Both the position numbers and the translations under genes were made by a program. Below the pieces are notes generated by a model, which saw nothing but the letters and a program-made list of their open reading frames with translations, ran no database searches and was not told where the DNA came from. 64,000 nt of DNA. Origin: Phycisphaerales bacterium (lineage in GTDB: Bacteria; Planctomycetota; Phycisphaerae; Phycisphaerales; SM1A02). This document shows positions 50,186-58,754 of the stretch, one piece after another. The DNA lies in assembly GCA_044220875.1 (NCBI GenBank), contig JBGAQH010000007.1, positions 31,673 to 95,672 of the forward strand, in the 5' to 3' direction. Every line of letters starts with the position of its first letter. The first letter of the stretch is position 1.

Positions 50186-51775
50186 CTACCGCTTCCAGCG
50201 ATCCTCCCAAACACCGAGATGCATCGGCATGATCACGTGGCCGTCAGGTCTCGCCTTCTCGCGGGCCTGCTCCTCTTGGCGAACTCCGAGGGAAAGGTAG
50301 ATCAGCGCTGCGCGGGCGAGCTTCATTACGCGGAGAGTTGCAGCCATGAACGCGTCTCGGCGCAGCGAGAAGGCAAGCGTGTCGCGGAGCGGGTCGGGTG
50401 TCGTGGACGCGTCGCTTCCCGACCAGAAGTCATCATGCAGCTTGAGGTACTTGTGCTCAAGGTGATTTCGTAGCTCGGCGAGGCCTCGCGCATCGGGATC
50501 CATGACATCGCGGAAGTCTGGCCTGTCCTCAAAGAGATCCTTGCTCAGCCAATGAAGCCCCCGCCAGGGCCAGTTGTCCCGGGCCGCGAAATCCGATCGA
50601 ATCCCTTTGCCGCGCTCCTGAGCGGTGTACCACAGCGTACGGAATGAAACTCGCTTCTCAGGGATTCCGAGCCTCGCGTAGGCGTTCATGAAGTACGCGA
50701 TTTTGTCGAACAGCGAGTATGCGGCGCGATAGGCCAGCTTGGCCTGCTCGACTGCCAGCGAATAGGCTGGGTAGTCGAGCGTGTTGTAGAGCAGCACCCC
50801 CGCGTCGGAGAAGTGCGTGCTCTCGCGTGATGCGGCTTCGAAGTAGATCCATCGCGCCGAGCAGTACTCCTGCTTCAGCTGGTTGAAGAAGCCGGGCAGG
50901 GATGGGCCTTCGTCGAGTCCAGTGACGACCGATGGAGTTGTGAGGACGTCGTGTGCCGCGATCGGTAGCGGTCCAAGGTCGTTCAGGGGATTGAGGAACA
51001 GTCCCTCGCGAAGGCACCATGCCCGGTACTCGACTTCTGACGGTGACGAACCAAGCGAGAAACTCTCGACGTCCATCCCGTCGCGCAGAAAGTCTGGGGG
51101 CAGCCAGCCACCAATCCGTTCCCGAAGCGGAGCGAACATTGCTCGGGCGCCTGGATCGATGTCAACCTCAAGTGCCGCAGTCAGATCGCAATGTGCAGCG
51201 CGGAGAAGCAAGGCGACGTGCCCGTCGTCGTAGAGGGAGCGCGCATACGAGTCCAAGCACACCCCTCGATTGCCCTGTGCATGTCCGAAGGCGGCATCGA
51301 TCCGAAGGGCTTTGTTGAATAGTTCAATTGCCTCGACAAACCTCCCCACGAAGCTGAGGGCATTCCCCGCGTTCGTGAGAATCTGGCACCGCCGGATGAT
51401 GGGCAACGTGGCGAATCCCGGTCCGCGCATGGCCGCGCGGAGGTGGAACACTTCACGCTCGACCTCAAGGCGCTCCCAAAGCCAGGTCTCCGGCGTGCCG
51501 TGGGTTGCGTACCGGCCAGCGACTGCCCACGCGTTGCCACGGTAGTAGTTGAGCAGGCACTGCTGTTGTGACTCAAGAGCGGTGACGTCGAGAGTCGAGG
51601 CGAGAGCGTCGGCATGTCGGGCTGCGGCGACATCTCCAGCGTCGCCGGCCGCGTCGACGATCATCGCCAAGAGTTCGAGCGAGACCTCTGGCGGTCGATC
51701 TGAGAGGCTCGTCCATGAGCGCGCCGTTGCGTTGATCTCGCGAGGGTCGGCCAGTTCCTCAGGTTCGTTCGCCAT
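50186..51775 (-). CDS. TPR-repeat protein with C-terminal HEPN domain (Rx4H)
   Basis: TPR-like segments (…NALSFVGRFVEAIELFNKALRIDAAFGHAQGNRG…). HEPN motif in LAELRNHLEHKYLKLHD. Confidence 0.7.
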   Translation of the reverse strand: MANEPEELADPREINATARSWTSLSDRPPEVSLELLAMIVDAAGDAGDVAAARHADALASTLDVTALESQQQCLLNYYRGNAWAVAGRYATHGTPETWLWERLEVEREVFHLRAAMRGPGFATLPIIRRCQILTNAGNALSFVGRFVEAIELFNKALRIDAAFGHAQGNRGVCLDSYARSLYDDGHVALLLRAAHCDLTAALEVDIDPGARAMFAPLRERIGGWLPPDFLRDGMDVESFSLGSSPSEVEYRAWCLREGLFLNPLNDLGPLPIAAHDVLTTPSVVTGLDEGPSLPGFFNQLKQEYCSARWIYFEAASRESTHFSDAGVLLYNTLDYPAYSLAVEQAKLAYRAAYSLFDKIAYFMNAYARLGIPEKRVSFRTLWYTAQERGKGIRSDFAARDNWPWRGLHWLSKDLFEDRPDFRDVMDPDARGLAELRNHLEHKYLKLHDDFWSGSDASTTPDPLRDTLAFSLRRDAFMAATLRVMKLARAALIYLSLGVRQEEQAREKARPDGHVIMPMHLGVWEDRWKR

Positions 51776-52025
51776 GCTCCGATGATCCCATCTCGGTGAC
51801 CGTGGGTTCGCAACCGTCTTCTCCGCTATCGCCGCCCAACCTCCCCGGTCGGTCGCGCTACAGCGGAGCCGACCCCCTCATAACCCCCGCACGGGTCTCG
51901 GCGAGAGACCGAGAGACTTTGGTGCCGATTCGGGGTCGACCGCGCCCGAGACCCGACCTGCGGGTGATGACCATGCGGCAACGGAGAGACTTCGCGTGCA
52001 ACCGCGCACCTCGCCAAACCCTTGC

Positions 52026-52067
52026 GGGAAAAGCAGAAACGCCGCCGAGGTCTCTCGGCGGCGTTTC
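52026..52067 (-). terminator. Rho-independent terminator downstream of tRNA
   Basis: 14-bp stem gaaacgccgccgag/ctcggcggcgtttc. On the minus strand it is followed by CTGCTTTTCCC. Confidence 0.65.
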
Positions 52068-52110
52068 GTCTGAACTGGTGGGCCGGTCGCGTTTGCAACC
52101 GACCTCGAAA

Positions 52111-52184
<74 letters not shown>

Positions 52185-52196
52185 GTCGAGTCGTGC

Positions 52197-52224
52197 ATCA
52201 TAGGGGAGGGCCGGGGTTCGTCAA
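52197..52224 (-). promoter_or_regulatory. sigma70-type promoter of the tRNA gene
   Basis: On the minus strand: TTGACG, 16 nt, TATGAT. The -10 element ends 12 nt before the tRNA 5' end. Confidence 0.6.
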
Positions 52225-52244
52225 GCTGCTCGGATCCTTGCGGC

Positions 52245-54050
52245 TTAGGCGTGGGGATTCGGGGGCGTGGCCGCCGTTGCCGCGGCTGCGGTCGGGGCGG
52301 GCGGCGTGTGCACCGGTCGCGCGACGTGGGGGGCTTCTGGCGGCGCACCGGTGTTCAGGAGGGCCATGAACTCGGTGAACGACCGGCAATCGAGGGCCGC
52401 GCGGGCCACCGCGCGGTCGCCGAAGGTCTTGGCGATCTCGGCCAGCAGCTCAAGCTGGGCCTCGGCGGCGCTCTCTGGCGTCAGCACGAGGAAAATCAGT
52501 TTCGACGACTGGCCGTCGTGGGCCCGGAAGTCGACGCCGTGCTTGGCGATTCCCGCGGCAACGATCGGGCGGTCGAGCGACGCCAGCCGTCCGTGCGGCA
52601 CGGCGACGCCGTTGGCCAACCCCGTCGCCATGATTCGCTCGCGTTCGAGCACCGCCCTGGTCGCGTCGTCCGGAATCAGCCGCTCATGCGTCCTTGACAG
52701 CGCCGCGGTCAGCTCGCGGATCACCTCCTCCGCACTCGCGCCGTGCAGCGCCGCGACGAAGGACTTCGACGCGATGCACTCCGCGAAGCGGGTCGGCCTG
52801 CGGCGCCGGAGTATCCGCTGCATCGCCGGCCCGGCCAGCATCGAGGTGATGATCGCCATCACCACGAGGGCCACAAAGAGCCGCGAGTTGATGAGCCCCG
52901 CCTGCAGGGCCAGCGTCGCGAGGACGATCTCCATCGCACCGCGGGCATTGAGGGCAAATCCGATCGCCCACGCATGACGGGTCGGGAATCCCGCCATCCT
53001 CGCCCCGAGCGAACCGCCGAGGATCTGACCGACGCACGCCACGCCCACCACCGTCGTCACCAGCCCGAGGTCGAAGTGGGCGAGGAAGTTCACCTTCAGC
53101 CCGATCGACGCGAAGAAGAGCGGCGCGAAGACGCTGGCCACGAACTGCTCGAGCGTGCGCCTCGCCTTCTCGCGCATGTGCGGCGAGTCACCTAACGCGA
53201 CGCCCGACAGGAACGCCCCGAAGATCGCATGGATGCCGATGGCCTCGGTCGCCGCCGCGGAGAGGAGCGCCGCCGTCAGCGCAAACGCGAGCACCCCCAT
53301 CGGCCAGCTCGCGTTGGCCTGGATCCACGGAAGGCTGCGGTGAAACGCCCATCGCCCCGCCGACAGCATCAGGAGCGCGAAGCCCAGCGCCATGACCACC
53401 GTCATCGTGATCGACGTGGCGCTGGCGCTCGATGGGTTCATCAGCCCCAGCACCACGGCGAAGATCGTCCAGCCCACCAGATCGAGGAAGATCGCCGTCG
53501 CGATCACCATCATCCCGAGGTCGGTCCTGAAGAGATTCAGGTCCATCAGCGTCTTGGCGATCACCGGCAGCGCCGAGATCGACATCGCCACGCCGAGGAA
53601 GATCGAGAAGGTCAGCGCGTTCGCGTCCGGCTCGCGGCCCATCGCCAGCGGCGCCAGCCACCCCAGCGTCGCGCCGATCGCGAAGGGCATGAGCAGGCTC
53701 GAGCAGCCGATCACCGCCGCCGAGCGCTTCAGCCGCACGATCGTCGAGAGGTCGACCTCCATCCCCGCCACCAGCAGGAAGAGCACCACCGAGAAGGTCG
53801 TGATGCCGTGCAGGACCAGCGGGTTGGGGCCGCTCGTCGGAAAGAGGAACGCGTTGGCCGCCGGCGCGACCGTCCCCAGCACCGTCGGTCCGAGCACGAT
53901 GCCGGCGAGGATCTCGCCGAGCACCGCCGGCTGCCCCAGCCGACGGGCGATCTCGCCAAGCAGCCGGGCGCTGCCCAGGAGCGCCGCGAGGCTGAGCAGC
54001 ATCACCAGCAGTTGGTCGTGAGAGAGCATGCCCATGCGGGTGCCGATCAA
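52245..54050 (-). CDS. CPA2 cation:proton antiporter fused to PTS EIIA (type 2) domain
   Basis: The N-terminal ~400 aa are polytopic (…GQPAVLGEILAGIVLGPTVLG…). C-terminal …GVAVPHGRLASLDRPIVAAGIAKHGVDF…KLIFLVLTPE… is EIIA-like. Confidence 0.8.
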   Translation of the reverse strand: MIGTRMGMLSHDQLLVMLLSLAALLGSARLLGEIARRLGQPAVLGEILAGIVLGPTVLGTVAPAANAFLFPTSGPNPLVLHGITTFSVVLFLLVAGMEVDLSTIVRLKRSAAVIGCSSLLMPFAIGATLGWLAPLAMGREPDANALTFSIFLGVAMSISALPVIAKTLMDLNLFRTDLGMMVIATAIFLDLVGWTIFAVVLGLMNPSSASATSITMTVVMALGFALLMLSAGRWAFHRSLPWIQANASWPMGVLAFALTAALLSAAATEAIGIHAIFGAFLSGVALGDSPHMREKARRTLEQFVASVFAPLFFASIGLKVNFLAHFDLGLVTTVVGVACVGQILGGSLGARMAGFPTRHAWAIGFALNARGAMEIVLATLALQAGLINSRLFVALVVMAIITSMLAGPAMQRILRRRRPTRFAECIASKSFVAALHGASAEEVIRELTAALSRTHERLIPDDATRAVLERERIMATGLANGVAVPHGRLASLDRPIVAAGIAKHGVDFRAHDGQSSKLIFLVLTPESAAEAQLELLAEIAKTFGDRAVARAALDCRSFTEFMALLNTGAPPEAPHVARPVHTPPAPTAAAATAATPPNPHA

Positions 54051-54213
54051 GTTCCCGTCCGGGCGATTCTACCGTACCGGCGTCAGAGGCCCGACGACGG
54101 CTCGCCGCTCGCCCGGCGCCGCCGGCGCCTCCGGCGGATGACAGGCGCCGCTCCGCTTCGCATAATCTCGACCCATCGGCCGCGGGCCGATCCTCCGTCA
54201 CCGCCGAGTCGCC

Positions 54214-55098
54214 ATGTTTACCGCCGCGCCCATCGCCCCCTTTCTCCTCCCGCTCGCCGCGGCCACGCCGCCCGTCACCACCACCGTCGTCGCGGGCACG
54301 GGCGGGGCACCATCGAGCGCCAAGGCGCTCGAGTACCTCGTCGTCACCTCGCTCGACTGGTCCGGCCGCGTGCTCGGCGTCATCGTCATCCTGATCGTCG
54401 CGTGGATGACCGCGGCCTGGGCCCGCCGGTCGGTCTACCGCATCATCCTCAAGGCCCACGCGGACATCACCGTCGCGAGCTTCGCCGGCAACACCACGCG
54501 ATGGGCCATCCTGATCCTCGGCCTCATCGCCTGCCTCTCGATCTTCGGCATCAACATCGCGGCGGTCACCGCGGTCATCGGCGCCGCGGGTCTTGCCGTG
54601 GGCCTTGCCATGCAGGGCAGCCTCTCGAACCTCGCCGCCGGCATCATGCTCCTGATCCTTCGGCCCTTCCGCGTCGGCGACGGCATCGCCGTCGCCGGAC
54701 AGAGCGGCCGGGTCAACGACATCGATCTCTTCAGCACCAAGATCGACACCGTCGACAACCGCCGGCTCATCGTGCCCAACGCCCAGATCTTCGGCGCAAC
54801 CATCGAGAACGCATCGCACCATCCCAAGCGTCGCGTCGACGTCGCGGTGCGGACGCCCTTCACCGTGGAGATCGACCACACCCGGGAGACGCTCTGCGCC
54901 GCCGCCGTTTCGGTGCCGCACCGCCTGCCATCCGAGGTTGCGGACGCGATGCTGAGCGACATTGCCCCCAACGGGCTCCAGTGGACGGTGCGGGTGTGGG
55001 TCGCGACGCCCGACGTCGCCCACGCCAAGGAGTGCCTCGTGCGGGCCGTGAAGGAGTCGCTCGAACGCGAGGGGATTCCGATTGCCGTGACCGTCTGA
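54214..55098 (+). CDS. MscS-family mechanosensitive channel
   Basis: …LSNLAAGIMLLILRPFRVGDGIAVAGQSGRVNDIDLFSTKIDTVDNRRLIVPNAQIF…. Confidence 0.8.
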   Translation: MFTAAPIAPFLLPLAAATPPVTTTVVAGTGGAPSSAKALEYLVVTSLDWSGRVLGVIVILIVAWMTAAWARRSVYRIILKAHADITVASFAGNTTRWAILILGLIACLSIFGINIAAVTAVIGAAGLAVGLAMQGSLSNLAAGIMLLILRPFRVGDGIAVAGQSGRVNDIDLFSTKIDTVDNRRLIVPNAQIFGATIENASHHPKRRVDVAVRTPFTVEIDHTRETLCAAAVSVPHRLPSEVADAMLSDIAPNGLQWTVRVWVATPDVAHAKECLVRAVKESLEREGIPIAVTV

Positions 55099-55173
55099 GC
55101 GCCGAGGTCTGAGCGGCGCGAAATTCACCGGATTTCGCTTTCCCCATACCGTGGCGAGCGGTACGTTCAACGC

Positions 55174-57015
55174 ATGGCGATGTGGGGGTCCGTCGAGCGC
55201 ATGGCGATGGTGGTGGTGCTCAGCGCGCCGTTGGCGTCCGTGCCATGGCGATCCGCCGCGCTCGCCGAGACGACCTTCACCGAGGAGGCCGTCGCCCGCG
55301 GCATCAACTACCTCGTGACGCAGGGCGCCTTTGGCGGCCCGGGCCAGTACGGCTGCGGACTCGCCCTCTGCGACCTCGACGGCGACGGCGACGAGGACGT
55401 GATCTGCACCGGCGGCGACGATCCGACGATCGCGCTCTTCGAGAATCAGGGCGACGGTCACTTCACGGACCGCTCGACCTCGGCCGGCTTCGGCTCGCCG
55501 CTGAAGCCGTCGGGGATCGCCGCCGGCGACTACGACGCGGACGGAGACCTCGACATCGTCCTCACCCGCTGGCTCGGCCCGCCGATCCTCTTCCGAAACG
55601 ACGGGCGACTTCACTTCACGAACGTGACCGCGGCCGCGGGGATCGTCTCCGTCGGACTCGCCGCCGGCGGCGGCGCGTCGTGGGCCGACTTCGACGGCGA
55701 CGGATGGATCGACCTCGCCATCGCGAACCGAAGCGGCAACGGCGCGGCGGCCAAGAACCAGCTCTTCCGCAACCTCGGCAACGGCACCTTCGTCGACGTC
55801 GCCCCGGCGCTCGGCGTGAACGACGCGTTCGCAAGCTTCCAGGCCTCGTGGTGCGACCTCGATCGCGACGGCGACCTCGACCTCTACGTCGCCAACGACA
55901 AGGGGTCGAGCGGCATCTCGTGGAACCACCTCTACCGAAATCAGGGCAACGGGACGTTCGCGGAGGATCCGGCGAGCGGCGCCCAGATCTCGATCGACGC
56001 CATGGGCGTCTGCTTCGGCGATCTCACCGGCGACCTCTTTCCCGAGATCTTCGTGCCGAACGTCCCGAGCGGCAACGTGCTCCTCAAGTCAAGCGGCGGC
56101 GTCGGATTCACCAACGTCGCCGCGGCGGCCGGCGTCGGCGGGTTCGCCACGTGCTGGGGCGGCATCGCCCTCGATCCGGACAACGACGGCGACACCGACC
56201 TCTACTTCACCACCAGCTCGAGCGGGCCGGACTTCCTCTTCGAGAACACCGGCCAGTGGCCGCTCGTGAATCGGACCGCGACGTGGGGACTCGCGAATCT
56301 CGGCGAGGCGTATTGTCACGCGGCGGGCGACATCGACGGCGACGGCGACATCGACCTGCTCGTGCAGGGGCGCGACGCCACGGTCCGCCTCTTCGTCAAC
56401 CACGCCGACTCGCTCGCGAAGCGCCACTGGGCCAAGTTCCGGCCAGTCGGCATCGGCGCCGACCGCAACGCGATCGGACTGCAGATCGACGTCGACAACG
56501 GTCACGCCGTGCAGTGGCGTCAGGTCGAATGCGGCAGCGCGTACAAGAGCCAGAGTTCGACGGTCCTTCACGTCGGACTCGGCGACGTGACGGTCATGAG
56601 CTCTGTCGTCGCCCGCTGGCCCAATGGCGGCGGTACGCGCACGCTGCTCCACTACGGCGCCGACCGCACGTGGACGCTCGTGCCGCCGGGTGCCCTCGGC
56701 GATGCCGACGGCGACGGCACGCTCGGGTACGCCGACCACGCGGCGCTGCAGGCACGGATCGGTCTTGCTTTCGCGCCCGGATGCGAGGCCTTCGACCTCG
56801 ACGGCGACGCCGACGTCGATCTGGGCGACGAGGCCCGTTTCCTCGTCCGCTTCTGCGACCTGACCGGGGACGGCACCGTCGGTCCCGCCGACCTGGCGAC
56901 GCTGCTCGGGCGATGGGGACTCGCGGCGTCGACGCCGGCCGAGGGCGACTTCGACGGCGACGGCGCGGTCGGGGCGGGCGACCTTGCGCTGCTCGTCGAG
57001 GGCTGGGCCGGCTGA
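55174..57015 (+). CDS. CRTAC1/ASPIC-UnbV-like FG-GAP/VCBS repeat protein with C-terminal dockerin-like repeats
   Basis: Repeated DxDGDGDxD loops (CDLDGDGDEDV, DYDADGDLDIV, DFDGDGWIDL, DLDRDGDLDLY, DIDGDGDIDLL). UnbV-like …GSAYKSQSSTVLHVGLG… C-terminal DLTGDGTVGPADLATLLGRWG. Confidence 0.8.
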   Translation: MAMWGSVERMAMVVVLSAPLASVPWRSAALAETTFTEEAVARGINYLVTQGAFGGPGQYGCGLALCDLDGDGDEDVICTGGDDPTIALFENQGDGHFTDRSTSAGFGSPLKPSGIAAGDYDADGDLDIVLTRWLGPPILFRNDGRLHFTNVTAAAGIVSVGLAAGGGASWADFDGDGWIDLAIANRSGNGAAAKNQLFRNLGNGTFVDVAPALGVNDAFASFQASWCDLDRDGDLDLYVANDKGSSGISWNHLYRNQGNGTFAEDPASGAQISIDAMGVCFGDLTGDLFPEIFVPNVPSGNVLLKSSGGVGFTNVAAAAGVGGFATCWGGIALDPDNDGDTDLYFTTSSSGPDFLFENTGQWPLVNRTATWGLANLGEAYCHAAGDIDGDGDIDLLVQGRDATVRLFVNHADSLAKRHWAKFRPVGIGADRNAIGLQIDVDNGHAVQWRQVECGSAYKSQSSTVLHVGLGDVTVMSSVVARWPNGGGTRTLLHYGADRTWTLVPPGALGDADGDGTLGYADHAALQARIGLAFAPGCEAFDLDGDADVDLGDEARFLVRFCDLTGDGTVGPADLATLLGRWGLAASTPAEGDFDGDGAVGAGDLALLVEGWAG

Positions 57016-57023
57016 GCGAACCG

Positions 57024-58673
57024 TTAGCTCGCCGCGCACGCCCGGGCCATGCGCATCGCCTCCTCGATCGCGTGGCGGAGCGGCGCGGGCACGCCGTCGG
57101 CCCCGCGGTGGCTCGCGGCCTCCGCGACCTCGACCGCCATGCCCGGCTTCGAGCGGGCCCGCAGCGCCCGCTCGATCGTCGGAGTCGGGTTCTCGACCCT
57201 GGGCCGCCGGTCAAAGCGCCGAGGCGACGAGCCGCGCACGGCGTTGCGGTAGACGTCGGCATATCCGGCGTTCCAGAGGCAATGCTCGAGGTCGCGCTCC
57301 GCGAGTCGCGTGACGTGGCGCTCCGCCGGACGGCTGCCCAGGAGCGCCCTCGCGCTGGCCTCGTATCCACGGCCGGCGCTGTCGCCGTCGGCGATGAGGT
57401 GCCAGGCGATGCCGAGGTCGTCGGCGAGCTTGATGAGCGGCTCGACGCCGCACTGGGCGAACTCCATGATGCGGATGCCCTCGATCGCCAGGTCGACGCC
57501 GAGGAGGTCGGCGAGCTGCGGCAGGAGCCAGAACTCCGTCTCGCCCTCGACCAGGAGCCACGCCCGGGCGAAGAAGCTCGCGCCGCGGTTGGCCTTCACG
57601 TGAAAGCCGACGCGGCGGAGCTCGTCGTCGCTCAGCGACTCGCGCTCGAGCCGATGGGATCGGGTGCCGGCGTCGGTGCGCACCAGCCGGCGCAGCGAGC
57701 GGAGCGGGAGCATCGAGAGCAGCTCGCCCGAGTTGGTGGTGATGATCTTCTGGGCGGGAATCGCCTCGATGATGTTGGCGACCGCGGCGAGCAGCACCGG
57801 GTGCAGGTTCGCCTCGGCGTCCTCGACCGCGAGGATCGGGAGCGAGCCGACGCCGAAGGTCTGCACCGCGCGGGCGTCGAGGAGCGCGCCGAGGACGAGC
57901 ATGAGGGCCATGCTGCGGGCCGCGAGGCTGACGCCGGTGCCGGTCGCCGAGTAGGGAATGGCGGGGAAGAAGTGTCGCACGCGCTCGCGGAGCCGCTCGC
58001 CGCCGAAGCGTTCGACGTAGGCCCGTGCGGCGTCGAGTCCGCCGTGGACCATCATCTCGTGGTTCGGCTCGTGCGGGCGCATGAGCGCCTCGTAGGCGTC
58101 GGTGATCTCCGCGGCCAGCCGCTCCTCGAGCGAGAGGGGGCGAGCGCTCGGGCCTCCCGTCGCCGAGCGCGAAGGCCGCGTGAAATAGCGGTCGGCCTTG
58201 AGGAGCAGGAAGGGGCAGCGGGTCCGCAGCAGCGTGACGACCTCGGGGGTGGGCGAGGGGCCGATCGTGCGGCCCTCACCGTCGAGGAACGCGGTCGTCG
58301 CCGCGAGGAACTCTCCCTCGCCGGCGCCGGGTCGGGCCCGGACGCGGAGGCTGATGCGCCGGTCGTTGCGGCGGCCGATGTAGACGTGGGGCCGGAGCGG
58401 GGCGCACGCCGCGTCGGCGGTCCACTCGCTCTCGGCCGTCTCGCGGAATCCCAGCTCGATCTCGATCGGCGCGCTGGCGTCGCCGCCGAGGTCGTCCGCG
58501 GTGAAGGTGAAGTGGCCGTCGCTGGCTCCGGGGCCCAGGCAGGCGAGGAGCGCGTCGAGGAGGTTCGACTTGCCGTAGGCGTTCTCGCCGATGAGCGTCG
58601 TCACCGGATCGATCGAGAGCTCGAGCGAGCGTATCCCGCGGTAGTTTCGGATGCCCACGTAGCCGAGCCGCAT
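57024..58673 (-). CDS. OLD-family ATP-dependent endonuclease (ABC-type ATPase + Toprim), stand-alone
   Basis: N-terminus IRNYRGIRSLEL…LIGENAYGKSNLLDAL. C-terminal Toprim AWLLVEGETEFWLLP…IADGDSAGRGY. Confidence 0.8.
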   Translation of the reverse strand: MRLGYVGIRNYRGIRSLELSIDPVTTLIGENAYGKSNLLDALLACLGPGASDGHFTFTADDLGGDASAPIEIELGFRETAESEWTADAACAPLRPHVYIGRRNDRRISLRVRARPGAGEGEFLAATTAFLDGEGRTIGPSPTPEVVTLLRTRCPFLLLKADRYFTRPSRSATGGPSARPLSLEERLAAEITDAYEALMRPHEPNHEMMVHGGLDAARAYVERFGGERLRERVRHFFPAIPYSATGTGVSLAARSMALMLVLGALLDARAVQTFGVGSLPILAVEDAEANLHPVLLAAVANIIEAIPAQKIITTNSGELLSMLPLRSLRRLVRTDAGTRSHRLERESLSDDELRRVGFHVKANRGASFFARAWLLVEGETEFWLLPQLADLLGVDLAIEGIRIMEFAQCGVEPLIKLADDLGIAWHLIADGDSAGRGYEASARALLGSRPAERHVTRLAERDLEHCLWNAGYADVYRNAVRGSSPRRFDRRPRVENPTPTIERALRARSKPGMAVEVAEAASHRGADGVPAPLRHAIEEAMRMARACAAS

Positions 58674-58754
58674 GCGGCGAGTGTCGCGGGTTCCCGTGGG
58701 CGACGCAAGGGGCTGCTACGATCTCCGCCTTCCCCAACGGCGGAGCGAGATCCC

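Noticed and set aside
53188-55929. 913-aa minus-strand ORF and the overlapping 627-aa plus-strand ORF (53229-55112)
   Set aside because: Both have low-complexity R/G/D/P-rich translations. They overlap well-supported genes (antiporter, MscS, CRTAC1-like) in other frames or strands.
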